DNA from: a virus
Virus genome (UHGV): UHGV-0166683
Direction: 5' to 3' (one strand)
Length of the DNA: 15,589 nucleotides
In this document: piece after piece, positions 1 to 7,762 of the stretch
Numbering within the stretch: position 1 is the stretch's first letter
Layout: each line of letters starts with the position of its first letter
The notes under the pieces: model-generated
Told to the model about the DNA's origin: nothing
The model's input: the letters and a program-made list of their open reading frames with translations, nothing else
The model's database searches: none
Made by a program: the position numbers and the translations under genes

Positions 1-43
1 TACTTCTAAGAATGAAAGCATCGAAAAAATCCATATTTTCTTT

Positions 44-895
44 ATGTGGAAAGATATCCTTTCATTAATTTCTGATCATCATAACAGTGACTGCTCTGTC
101 TTATTTTTCACCAATGAAGACAAAAGTTATACAGTCGAACTCACGCATTTTTTACAATATAGCGAGATTAATCGCTTATCGAACTCGTCTCTTAAATATG
201 AAATTATAAAGGAGCTTCTCGACACAATAAAAATCAATGATTTACACAAAAGCGAGCGCAAGCTCGTTATACGCTCAGCCATAAACGAAGTATTTAAAGC
301 AAATGGTACGTTCAATTTCTTTGACTTGCTTAACTCTACTGAACTCGTCAGGAAAAAATATGATGAACTATATGAGATTTACACAAAGAGGTTTTCTGTA
401 AATAAAATTCTTAACGAACTCGATGAGAAAAATCTTGAGTTCACGAGTAAAATTAACGAATTCATATCATCTAATCAGACAAAAGCATTGACTATTCCCG
501 GTGCATTAATAGCAGCTGGTGGCTTAGTGAAGGCTAATGAAACAACCGAAGCAATATTGATTATCGCAGGACTTTGGATGATAAAAAAAGTCAATTACAT
601 TTCTATTGAGATATTCAATGAAACATTCGACAACTTACGTTCTCGAGTGGAGTCCGCTTTCGATAAGTATTTAAAGTTTGAAGAAAATAAAGAAATCAAA
701 GATAATGCAGATAGTATTAAGAGTAGCATTACAGGTTTGATTGATAAAGCTAAAAAAAGGATGAGAACTGTTAAATATCTCGCATCAGCCATGTTTTATG
801 GAGGCCTTATTTACGTTGGATATAAACAGTTCCCAGTCTTTTTTGAAAAATCGGCAGTAAATCTATTTTATTTTTTATGCCATACTATAAGCTAA
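44..895 (+). CDS. Hypothetical AT-rich membrane-associated protein, function unknown (possible prophage moron or flanking-island gene)
   Basis: 283-codon ORF in strongly AT-rich DNA, where long ORFs are unlikely by chance. Predicted hydrophobic hairpin (ALTIPGALIAAGGLVKA ... AILIIAGLWMI) and a C-terminal hydrophobic stretch. Frame is open back to window position 2, so the true start may lie upstream of the window. 3' end overlaps the Q-like gene convergently by 21 bp. No family recognised by eye. Confidence 0.5.
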   Translation: MWKDILSLISDHHNSDCSVLFFTNEDKSYTVELTHFLQYSEINRLSNSSLKYEIIKELLDTIKINDLHKSERKLVIRSAINEVFKANGTFNFFDLLNSTELVRKKYDELYEIYTKRFSVNKILNELDEKNLEFTSKINEFISSNQTKALTIPGALIAAGGLVKANETTEAILIIAGLWMIKKVNYISIEIFNETFDNLRSRVESAFDKYLKFEENKEIKDNADSIKSSITGLIDKAKKRMRTVKYLASAMFYGGLIYVGYKQFPVFFEKSAVNLFYFLCHTIS

Positions 896-1246
896 CATTG
901 CTAAACAGCCATCAACAAACCCCATTGCAGTTTGCAGTTCCTTCCTAATTGTGCCATCAGAGCATTTTCTCTTCTTCGCAATAGTGCGTAATGAGATACC
1001 GATAACAAAGTGGGCGATGATGAGCTCATATTCCTCTGGTTTATACCTTCTCAACCGAGCCACACAACTGTCTATCATGATGCCTTCGTCATCATCACAC
1101 TGAATCCGTGACTTTTTGCCATGAGGTAAAAGTCCCTTGAAACCAGCCGCTATCGGCTGCCAGTCCACTCCGCTATTGTCTGAAGCAGCCCAAGCTCCCC
1201 AACGATCCATTACTTCATACATATCACGCATCAACTTTCTCCACAA
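875..1246 (-). CDS. Phage antitermination protein Q-like (small Q family, about 123 aa)
   Basis: Protein contains RWGAWAA ... W..IAAGFKGL ... CDDDEGI.IDSCVARL ... CSDGTIRKEL, which I recall as characteristic of the short Phage_antitermQ family. It is the last gene of the minus-strand early operon, as expected for Q. Confidence 0.7.
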   Translation of the reverse strand: MWRKLMRDMYEVMDRWGAWAASDNSGVDWQPIAAGFKGLLPHGKKSRIQCDDDEGIMIDSCVARLRRYKPEEYELIIAHFVIGISLRTIAKKRKCSDGTIRKELQTAMGFVDGCLAMLAYSMA

Positions 1247-1248
1247 AA

Positions 1249-2244
1249 TCAGGCCAACACACCAATTGCCAGCGCACGATCGATAAAACGAAATATCAAC
1301 TCCAGCTGGGAGCCATACTTCTCTTCAAATGCCACGGTATCCGCATGCAGCTCGTCGTGATGCTTTCTGCACAAAGGCAGCACAAAGAGATCATGCGCTT
1401 TTGTACCCATTCCCCCCTGACCGTGGCCTATCAGATGGTGGGGATCATCAGCAGGCTTTCCACAACATGCACACGGCTGCGTCTTAACCCAGCGCGTGTA
1501 CTTTTCATTAACCCAGCGGCGACGTTTTGGGCGTAACATAAAAGACTCCGGCGACTCCGGATCCACTTTCAGCGCCAGCACCTTTTTAGCTTTATCCTGG
1601 ATGATGCTGGTGGCAGGAACCGAAGGCACAAGGTCACTTTCCCGGGTGACAGATGGCACAACAGGCTTCGGTAATCTCAGTGCCTTACGGGCTGCACTTT
1701 CCGGTAAGGCATCCGCCAGATCATTACGAACCAGCCACCAGCACAGTTCCGGCATTGTCACAACGTGACTGTCATCAAAACCGAGATCCCGACGCACGAC
1801 AGACAACACCCAGCGGGCACAGTTATCCGTTGCCATTGATTCCAGCCGTTCCGTGAACTGGTCACGCAGCTGGTTATCGCAGTGCCAGCACAGACGAATT
1901 GCTCCCGGAGCGTGCCGCATTGTGGTCATGTTCTCGCTGTGCCAGTCAGAATGAGGCCACTGACAGCCCTTTTCACGAAGTAACCAGCTTTCAAGACATT
2001 CCACGCCACCAGCACGACGGATCACTGCCTCATTGCGGAACACGGTCCGAACGGCAGGATCATCCGCCAGCGGTTGTGATGCCGCCGGAACGGCACCACT
2101 GGCGAAAGATGAATAACGTTCCGGCTCTGGCTCCAGCAGGACACGCCCCTGCATAAACAGGGGCATCAGCTCTGAACCTGGCCTGAACAATACGATCCCC
2201 ATACGCGGGGCAATTTCAGGCGTCAGTAGTGCTCTCACGGTCAC
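1249..2244 (-). CDS. DUF968-family phage protein with HNH-like Cys/His motif (YdfU-like)
   Basis: 331-aa ORF. C-terminal CACCGKPADDPHHLIGHGQGGMGTKAHDLFVLPLCRKHHDELH is a Cys/His-rich HNH-like signature typical of DUF968 proteins found next to Q in lambdoid prophages. Start lies 2 bp from the upstream gene stop. Confidence 0.7.
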   Translation of the reverse strand: MTVRALLTPEIAPRMGIVLFRPGSELMPLFMQGRVLLEPEPERYSSFASGAVPAASQPLADDPAVRTVFRNEAVIRRAGGVECLESWLLREKGCQWPHSDWHSENMTTMRHAPGAIRLCWHCDNQLRDQFTERLESMATDNCARWVLSVVRRDLGFDDSHVVTMPELCWWLVRNDLADALPESAARKALRLPKPVVPSVTRESDLVPSVPATSIIQDKAKKVLALKVDPESPESFMLRPKRRRWVNEKYTRWVKTQPCACCGKPADDPHHLIGHGQGGMGTKAHDLFVLPLCRKHHDELHADTVAFEEKYGSQLELIFRFIDRALAIGVLA

Positions 2245-2245
2245 C

Positions 2246-3043
2246 TCAATGAACGGTATCGAGTAGCTTTAACAGCTCAGGGAATCGGGATTCGAAGAAA
2301 TGCGGCTGCGTCTCGCGCGGATTTGCGGGACTGGTGATGTTCTTGCCGAACATGCAGCCTTTCGCCGTCAGCGACCAGAATTTTTTGATGTTGTTAATCG
2401 CGGTACGGCTGTATCGTTCGCGCTGCTCGACGATCCCCAGCTTCACCATCTGGTGATATGCCTGATTAGCTGTCAGGCGGATACCATACTGCTTCAGCAG
2501 TGCACTCAGTGACAGCGTGGGGCGGCTTGAGCCATCAGGCGCGTCAGCAGGAGCATCAATGGCATAGCGCGGTGCCAGATTCGGTAAGCCAACAGCCTCC
2601 TGGAGTTTCTGACAGGCTCCAAGCACTGAAGAGTTAGACAGATTTAACTCCCGGCGCATAAAGTCCAGCAGAATCACGCCAGCCTGCATCTTGTCAGCAG
2701 CCTGTCCGGATAATTTTTCAGGTGCGCTGGTTACCATGTCGAAAGTACGGATCACCTTCAGATGGAATGACGGGCTGATCCACATTGCATAGGCATACAC
2801 CAGTTCTTTGCAGACATACGTCCCCTGGTTATTTCCGCCACGAATAACGTTAACTGGCTCTATATTGACCGAGTTGCAAATCTGCAACTCGCTTATTAAA
2901 CGTTCAGTTTGCTCATTGCGGAGCCAGAATGCAGGCTTATGCTTATCCAGAGAACCGGCAGCCCTGTGCAGATCGTTCAGGCTGTAACGACCATAAGCAT
3001 CACGACGAACTTCAATACCATCAATGACCATCAGATTATTCAT
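2246..3043 (-). CDS. KilA-N domain protein (putative antirepressor/DNA-binding protein)
   Basis: N-terminal about 100 aa (MNNLMVIDGIEVRRDAYGRYSLNDLHRAAG ... KPAFWLRNEQT ... YVCKELVYAYAMWISPSFHLKVIRTF) matches the KilA-N fold pattern. SD-like AGAGGAGA precedes the ATG at 3043-3041. Confidence 0.7.
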   Translation of the reverse strand: MNNLMVIDGIEVRRDAYGRYSLNDLHRAAGSLDKHKPAFWLRNEQTERLISELQICNSVNIEPVNVIRGGNNQGTYVCKELVYAYAMWISPSFHLKVIRTFDMVTSAPEKLSGQAADKMQAGVILLDFMRRELNLSNSSVLGACQKLQEAVGLPNLAPRYAIDAPADAPDGSSRPTLSLSALLKQYGIRLTANQAYHQMVKLGIVEQRERYSRTAINNIKKFWSLTAKGCMFGKNITSPANPRETQPHFFESRFPELLKLLDTVH

Positions 3044-3062
3044 ACTTCGTTTCTCCTCTTAA

Positions 3063-3452
3063 TCAGGCGGCTGCACCCGCCGGTTTCTCGTACTTACTGA
3101 TAGTGATCTCGACCTTCCCTTCCGGGATAACCGGTCCCCACTCCACCAGCATTCTTTTCACCTGACTGTCGTCTTCCCACACACCCGCGTGGGTCAGGGC
3201 GTCAAACAGCGCCTTGTTATAGTTGTCCAGATCGCGGATCCGGTTATCCGGAGGAAACAACACGATCTCCACTGAAGCTGGTGCCGACGTTGGTTTCGGC
3301 AGACGGCGTAACTGCTCAATGATGGCGGCACACGCCGCGCCCTGGAATTTACGCCCCGCCGCGCTTATCAGGCTCTTACCTGCAAAAGCCCCTTTGTTGG
3401 GGTGTCGCCAGTACGTGTTCACGCTGGGGGGAAACGGCAGGATCAGCTTCAT
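3063..3452 (-). CDS. rusA: Holliday junction resolvase RusA (crossover junction endodeoxyribonuclease)
   Basis: 129 aa. MKLILPFPPSVNTYWRH ... DLDNYNKALFDALTHAGVWEDDSQV matches the RusA signature (PPS.N.YWR, DxDN acidic catalytic motif, DAL...G...DD.Q). ATGA start/stop overlap with the upstream gene. Confidence 0.85.
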   Translation of the reverse strand: MKLILPFPPSVNTYWRHPNKGAFAGKSLISAAGRKFQGAACAAIIEQLRRLPKPTSAPASVEIVLFPPDNRIRDLDNYNKALFDALTHAGVWEDDSQVKRMLVEWGPVIPEGKVEITISKYEKPAGAAA

Positions 3453-3775
3453 ACTTTCAGGCCCCTCTCATGTAACCAGTGGGCTGCACGCAGCCTGGCG
3501 TTTTCCTCACCAGCAAGCAGTGCGCGGATAATCCCGGCCACCTCGCTGTCGTCGTCCTTCACCGCGGTATGAAGAGTTATCCCCCGGGCCACGCCACGCT
3601 TTATCGTGATGACGCCTTTTTTCTCCAGTGCGCGAAGATGCTCCACCGCTGCATTCACTGAACGGTATCCCAGCATGGTTGCCACCTCCTGATTGGTTGG
3701 CGGGAAGCCACGTTCTTTCTGGTAAGAAATCAGCATATCCAGCACCTGCTGCTGGCATTGAGTTAACGTCGTCAT
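3449..3775 (-). CDS. LexA N-terminal DNA-binding-domain-only protein (winged HTH, no S24 peptidase domain)
   Basis: 108 aa. MTTLTQCQQQVLDMLISYQKERGFPPTNQEVATMLGYRSVNAAVEHLRALEKKGVI aligns by eye with the LexA N-terminus ([56 protein letters not shown]). The protein ends before any Ser/Lys protease domain. ATGA overlaps at both ends. Confidence 0.7.
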   Translation of the reverse strand: MTTLTQCQQQVLDMLISYQKERGFPPTNQEVATMLGYRSVNAAVEHLRALEKKGVITIKRGVARGITLHTAVKDDDSEVAGIIRALLAGEENARLRAAHWLHERGLKV

Positions 3776-4425
3776 GCCGCCATCTCCCTGACCAGTTTTT
3801 CCGCCTGCTGGCGAACCTGCGCCAGAAAGGCCTCACCACATGCCTCAAGTTCATCGCGCCCGATGTAGCTGATTGCCGATCCCTTCCAGGTCTTGTCGAA
3901 AACAGCAATAGCACCAGCGAAGAAAGCACCTGTCGGCACCTGCTTCTCGTCCTTCGGTATAAACCAGGCAGGTAGTTCAAAACCAATACGCCCGCGAATA
4001 AAAGCAATATGATCTGCATCTTCCGGCCACCACACTTCGCTGGTAGCTGCTTTGATCAAGAAAACATAGCGCCCGCCTTTATCACGCATGGCACTGGCAT
4101 GCTTCATGATGTAACGCATGCCGGTGATGTATTGCCCCTCATGCTGACTGGCGCGGCTGTATGGGGGATTACCAAAGGCAGCACCTTTAAGCTCCGCAAG
4201 ACGTTCTGACCAGTCATGCGCCAGCGCGTTGTCTTCCGCCGTGTAATACGCGGCACATTTGGCGTTATCACCGTCAGTGAACAGATCCAGAACAAACGGG
4301 CCAAACAGGGTGTTAATTCCCCAGAAAATGTTGTCCGGCGTGCGCCACTGATCGCCCACTTCCTTCAGTTCATGGGCTGGTTTGTTCCGCAGTTCCACCA
4401 GCGCCTGCCAATATTTATTACTCAT
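3772..4425 (-). CDS. Phage DNA N6-adenine methyltransferase (Dam-like, YfdM-like)
   Basis: Contains the FGNPPY catalytic motif of N6-adenine methyltransferases. Start chosen at ATG 4425-4423, which overlaps the upstream stop (TAATG coupling); the six-frame ORF extends to 4458 (11 extra codons), so the start is ambiguous. Confidence 0.8.
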   Translation of the reverse strand: MSNKYWQALVELRNKPAHELKEVGDQWRTPDNIFWGINTLFGPFVLDLFTDGDNAKCAAYYTAEDNALAHDWSERLAELKGAAFGNPPYSRASQHEGQYITGMRYIMKHASAMRDKGGRYVFLIKAATSEVWWPEDADHIAFIRGRIGFELPAWFIPKDEKQVPTGAFFAGAIAVFDKTWKGSAISYIGRDELEACGEAFLAQVRQQAEKLVREMAA

Positions 4426-4919
4426 TAAGCCCCCACGTAATTCCCTGACAGATACCACTCATCACCCGATACAGCGCACTTGCTGCTTTTCCGTAAGCAC
4501 CGCTCACGGCGCGCCAGAAAATTGTTTCGTTCTGGCTGGGAGTGGCTTTCACGGAATGCCGCCATCCACACGGTTGCAGCACGACGGTATAAGCCCCTGG
4601 ACTCCAGTTCTTCAGCCTGGCGGGTCAGGCACAAAATTACCCGTGGATCGTTAGTGCCGACATAGAAATTGCGCACAGGTCTGGTTTCACGAACTGGTTG
4701 TGGTTCCGGCTCCTGCGCTCTCTCAGTCAGGCGCGGGAAATGTCTGCGTGTATCTCCTTCACAACGGTGAGCCACACGCCCACTCTGACGTAACTTGCTT
4801 GCTGACTGCAGAACGCGCTGCCGTGAGTAATCTGCAAAAGCATCCGCAATGTCTCCGGAAGTACACCCCGGATGGGCTTCAATGAATTTCTGAACGTCAT
4901 TTAACAGACTCATGATCAC
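4425..4919 (-). CDS. Putative regulatory protein, YfdN-like, with PerC-like C-terminal region
   Basis: 164-codon ORF (GTG at 4919 or ATG at 4913). C-terminal segment LTRQAEELESRGLYRRAATVWMAAF resembles the PerC/Pch-family core as I recall it. GTGA overlap with the replication gene stop. Confidence 0.55.
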   Translation of the reverse strand: MIMSLLNDVQKFIEAHPGCTSGDIADAFADYSRQRVLQSASKLRQSGRVAHRCEGDTRRHFPRLTERAQEPEPQPVRETRPVRNFYVGTNDPRVILCLTRQAEELESRGLYRRAATVWMAAFRESHSQPERNNFLARRERCLRKSSKCAVSGDEWYLSGNYVGA

Positions 4920-5857
4920 CCCCTGAATCCTGCCGGGATCTGGCTGTAGTCCACATTGTCGTAACTGGATTTGAAGTACGGGTCTTCGCGTTTTTCGGTG
5001 TACGTGCTTACGGACGGCGATAAGCGCAGGGAAAGCTCATCCCATTTTTCCCGCAGCTTCGACGGGCTGAGCACGTTACGGCACCAGAACGGATCGCGGC
5101 TGACGCGGCTGTACATCTCGCAGATTTGTTTGTGAGTACGACCATCCTGCACACACATCAGGCGAATTTCGTTTGCCCAGGCTGTCCAGTTCGGTTCTTT
5201 GGGACGAACCACCTCGCCGTCACATTCGGCAGCCTGCTCGTACAGGGCGATGATTTTTTTCCAGAGCCACTGTGCGCAGGTCAAATCATCCTGCGTCCCC
5301 CACTGGCGCTTTTTAGGGCTGAATACAACCGCATCAGGATGGCGAGTTAAAAAATCCTGTTCAGCCGTCTGCGTGTCCGGTTGCGAAGCGTCCGGACGAG
5401 AAGGTTTTTTATCTGACGGATCATGTTTTGATTTTACTGACGGATCCCCGCCAGATTCTGACGGGTGAAAACCTGCTTTTTTGCCAGATTTCGACGCATC
5501 AAATTTTGACGGGTCAGATTTTGATGCGTCAGATTTTGACGGGTCAGAATCTGACAGTTGAGAAAATGCCGCTGCCTGAAGCTTCGCAACGTTAAGCTGA
5601 TAAACATTCGACGCATTGCGGTTACCCTGGCGACGCGCCTTACGCGTTAACCAGCCTTCTGCTTCCAGCCGTGCGATAGCCGTTCTGACGGTACTCATCC
5701 CCGCGCCAATCTGACGGGCAATGGTTTCAATTGATGGCCAGCACACACCTTCGTCATTACTGAAATCAGCCAGGCGGGCCATAATTGCCACGCTGGATAA
5801 CTTCATGCCTGATGCAGCGCAACCATCCCATACATAGCCGGTTAATTTAGTGCTCAT
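4916..5857 (-). CDS. Phage replication initiation protein (O-like; N-terminal HTH, repeat-encoded linker)
   Basis: 313 aa. N-terminal region (WPSIETIARQIGAGMSTVRTAIARLEAEGWL) is HTH-like as in phage replication initiators. A central low-complexity linker SDPSKSDASKSDPSKFDASKS is encoded by 15-bp tandem repeats. SD AGAGG lies 6 nt upstream of the ATG at 5857-5855. Confidence 0.8.
   Translation of the reverse strand: MSTKLTGYVWDGCAASGMKLSSVAIMARLADFSNDEGVCWPSIETIARQIGAGMSTVRTAIARLEAEGWLTRKARRQGNRNASNVYQLNVAKLQAAAFSQLSDSDPSKSDASKSDPSKFDASKSGKKAGFHPSESGGDPSVKSKHDPSDKKPSRPDASQPDTQTAEQDFLTRHPDAVVFSPKKRQWGTQDDLTCAQWLWKKIIALYEQAAECDGEVVRPKEPNWTAWANEIRLMCVQDGRTHKQICEMYSRVSRDPFWCRNVLSPSKLREKWDELSLRLSPSVSTYTEKREDPYFKSSYDNVDYSQIPAGFRG
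5411..5556. repeat. Iteron-like 15-bp tandem repeats inside the replication initiator gene (candidate origin of replication)
   Basis: Three tight tandem copies TTTTGACGGGTCAGA / TTTTGATGCGTCAGA / TTTTGACGGGTCAGA at 5504-5548, plus degenerate copies containing CTGACGGAT/CTGACGGGT at 5413-5421, 5437-5445, 5458-5466 and 5490-5498. Confidence 0.5.
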
Positions 5858-5866
5858 GACCGACCT

Positions 5867-6205
5867 CTATTTCCCTGAATTTACGACGAAACTGTTCGAG
5901 CGGACTGAAGCATTCATGCTCATAACCTTCGCGGAGGTAGATAACCCGTTGTGTTTCCGGTTCCCAACGAATGACTCTGACGGGCACTCCGTAGTGATCT
6001 TTGAACCAGCGGTTAACTTGTCGCAAAGGACTGCCTCCTTCTGCCGGTTGAAATCACCCACAGCCCACTCTGCAAAGCTGTGGGTTACAATTTCCCTGTC
6101 ACCTGGTACATTCACTGCATAGCAATACTCCACCTTCGCTTTTCCACCCGGAACCGGAAGCGCAATCAGTTGCGAGCGACGGTAGTGTGTTGTTAAACTG
6201 TTCAT
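5867..6205 (-). CDS. Hypothetical small protein (112 aa) between the CII-like and replication genes
   Basis: Start ATG overlaps the stop of the upstream CII-like gene (ATGA at 6202-6205) and its stop lies 9 bp before the replication gene start, consistent with operon membership. Composition is not strongly protein-like and a competing plus-strand ORF exists, so confidence is low. Confidence 0.35.
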   Translation of the reverse strand: MNSLTTHYRRSQLIALPVPGGKAKVEYCYAVNVPGDREIVTHSFAEWAVGDFNRQKEAVLCDKLTAGSKITTECPSESFVGNRKHNGLSTSAKVMSMNASVRSNSFVVNSGK

Positions 6206-6765
6206 GCGTTAGTTTCTCCACAGTCACGACACGCCACGGCGCCCGGAGCTGCACACTCGCGGGCGTCACTACTTTCTGAAACGCAAAAGATTTTGTAGAC
6301 CAGTGCTGCATGCTCCTGCAGCTTCGAAATTGAGAGGTACAGCTCGTCGTTAATTGCTGTCTTCTCATGCGGTTCCACTACACCGTCTTCGATTGCTGAA
6401 CGAATCTGTTTTGAATAACTGCCGATCTGTTCAATGACCTCCAGCAGGCGTTGGTTGATATCGGCATTGTCCACATCCTCGACGTCAGGAAGAGACACAA
6501 AGACGCCATTTGCAGACTGCGCCACAGCATCAGCAATGAAGTGAGTGCCACCAGCACGCTGCAAAACCATTGCCCATCCCAGCGGGAAAATCTGATCGCC
6601 ATCTGCACGAAGGCGGTTGAATAAAGCGTTTTCTGTTACATCGAGCCAGTCAGCCGCTTCAGCGTAACCACCCGGCAACGCCGCGATAGTTTTTCTGACA
6701 GCTTTCACGTACCACTCAGGCTGTTTTTCTATTTTCCAGTGATGCTTACCCACGATTAGCCTCAT
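6202..6765 (-). CDS. Phage regulatory protein, CII-like (CP76-type architecture)
   Basis: 187 aa, second gene after cro-like. N-terminal HTH-like segment ([37 protein letters not shown]) followed by a helical C-terminal region, an arrangement I associate with CP76-type CII regulators. Family assignment is from memory. Confidence 0.55.
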   Translation of the reverse strand: MRLIVGKHHWKIEKQPEWYVKAVRKTIAALPGGYAEAADWLDVTENALFNRLRADGDQIFPLGWAMVLQRAGGTHFIADAVAQSANGVFVSLPDVEDVDNADINQRLLEVIEQIGSYSKQIRSAIEDGVVEPHEKTAINDELYLSISKLQEHAALVYKIFCVSESSDARECAAPGAVACRDCGETNA

Positions 6766-6796
6766 CGTTCTGTGGTTAAAAATTGAAAGTGTTCTG

Positions 6797-6997
6797 CTAA
6801 TCTTTCGGATAGATATCCGGTCTTAAGTCAGATTTCGTAATTGCACCTGATGTGTATTGCTCAAGTTTTTTAGCCAGCACAAAACTGGCTTTTTTATAGC
6901 CATTGAAAACCAGCCGTAAGTAGCCAGGTGTTGAGCCAACTTTTCCGGCCAACTCGCCCTGCTGTTCTTTGGTTAAAGAGTCCCAATACGCTTTCAT
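6797..6997 (-). CDS. Cro/YdaS-like HTH regulator (66 aa)
   Basis: MKAYWDSLTKEQQGELAGKVGSTPGYLRLVFNGYKKASFVLAKKLEQYTSGAI is a small HTH protein divergent from the CI-like repressor. Start chosen at ATG 6997-6995, preceded by GGAGG. The longer ORF to 7300 would overlap the cI-like gene and the operators. Confidence 0.65.
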   Translation of the reverse strand: MKAYWDSLTKEQQGELAGKVGSTPGYLRLVFNGYKKASFVLAKKLEQYTSGAITKSDLRPDIYPKD

Positions 6998-7087
6998 ACA
7001 ATATGTACCTCCGGTGTACATATTACATGATTGAAATGAACCTTCAAGATACTTGTACCTTAACGGTACAAGGGTTTTAATTTCGTT
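6998..7087. promoter_or_regulatory. Immunity control region (oR-like) between divergent cro-like and cI-like genes, with two 17-bp operators
   Basis: Two 17-bp sites of form TGTACC-N5-KGTACA: TGTACCTCCGGTGTACA (7004-7020) and TGTACCTTAACGGTACA (7054-7070). The second sits inside a perfect 8-bp-arm palindrome CTTGTACC-TTAAC-GGTACAAG (7052-7072). Candidate pR -35/-10 on the minus strand (CTTCAA 7042-7047, ATATTA 7020-7025 as written on plus). Confidence 0.5.
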
Positions 7088-7762
7088 ATGAAAACAATCC
7101 ATGACATCCGGCGGTCTAACGCCAGAAAACTGAGAGATGGTGTTGGCGGGAATTCTTCCTTTGCCACTATGATTGATCGCGAGCCAACCCAGACCAGCAG
7201 GTTTATGGGAGATGGTGCTACTAAAAATATCGGTGACAGCATGGCACGACACATCGAAAAATGTTTCGACCTGCCTGTAGGATGGCTCGATCAAGAACAC
7301 CAGACAACGAACATCACAAAAAAACCTGATGTTTCAATCACTAATAAACAAATCACATTAGTCCCTGTCATATCATGGGTACAGGCCGGAGCATGGAAAG
7401 AAGTTGGATATTCTGAGGTTGATTTGAGCACAGCAGAAACGTATCCCTGCCCTGTACCCTGTGGGGAAATGACTTATATCTTGCGGGTGATAGGTGATTC
7501 AATGATTGATGAGTACCGCCCGGGAGACATGATTTTTGTCGATCCTGAAGTACCTGCCTGCCACGGTGACGACGTTATTGCATTGATGCACGATACAGGT
7601 GAAACCACCTTCAAAAGGTTGATAGAAGATGGGACACAGCGTTATCTCAAAGCGTTAAACCCAAACTGGCCTGAGCCTTACATTAAGATCAACGGTAATT
7701 GCTCTATAATTGGTACTGTGATTTTCTCAGGAAAACCAAGAAGATACAAAATCAAAGCCTAA
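7088..7762 (+). CDS. CI-like prophage repressor (N-terminal HTH plus C-terminal S24 LexA-like autopeptidase domain)
   Basis: 224 aa. HTH-like N-terminus. C-terminal domain has an Ala-Gly cleavage-site candidate (VQAGAW), the catalytic Ser context (VIGDSM) and Lys context (TFKRL), typical of RecA-stimulated self-cleaving repressors. No SD before the ATG, so the mRNA may be leaderless as for lambda cI. Confidence 0.8.
   Translation: MKTIHDIRRSNARKLRDGVGGNSSFATMIDREPTQTSRFMGDGATKNIGDSMARHIEKCFDLPVGWLDQEHQTTNITKKPDVSITNKQITLVPVISWVQAGAWKEVGYSEVDLSTAETYPCPVPCGEMTYILRVIGDSMIDEYRPGDMIFVDPEVPACHGDDVIALMHDTGETTFKRLIEDGTQRYLKALNPNWPEPYIKINGNCSIIGTVIFSGKPRRYKIKA

Noticed and set aside
1345-2156. Several plus-strand ORFs of 63-90 aa (1345-1536, 1496-1768, 1653-1856, 1899-2156)
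   Set aside because: They lie entirely inside the 331-aa DUF968 gene on the opposite strand, lack RBSs and have low-complexity composition. Typical antisense shadow ORFs in GC-rich coding DNA.
3507-4019. 170-aa minus-strand ORF and 115-aa plus-strand ORF (3628-3975) overlapping the LexA-like and methyltransferase genes
   Set aside because: Alternative frames of well-supported genes; Arg/Ser-rich translation products; no independent start signals.
5411-5556. Tandem repeats in the replication gene as a CRISPR array or VNTR outside a gene
   Set aside because: Repeats are only 15 bp, contiguous without spacers, and in frame within a coding region; iteron or linker repeat is the better explanation.
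5850-6122. Plus-strand 90-aa ORF with GTG start overlapping the replication gene start
   Set aside because: Opposite in polarity to the surrounding coupled operon, uses GTG, and overlaps the RBS and start of the replication gene. Kept only as the alternative to the weak minus-strand 112-aa call.
6998-7300. N-terminal extension of the cro-like ORF to 167 aa
   Set aside because: The extension would overlap the operators and the start of the divergent cI-like gene; an internal ATG with a GGAGG RBS gives a typical 66-aa Cro-sized protein.
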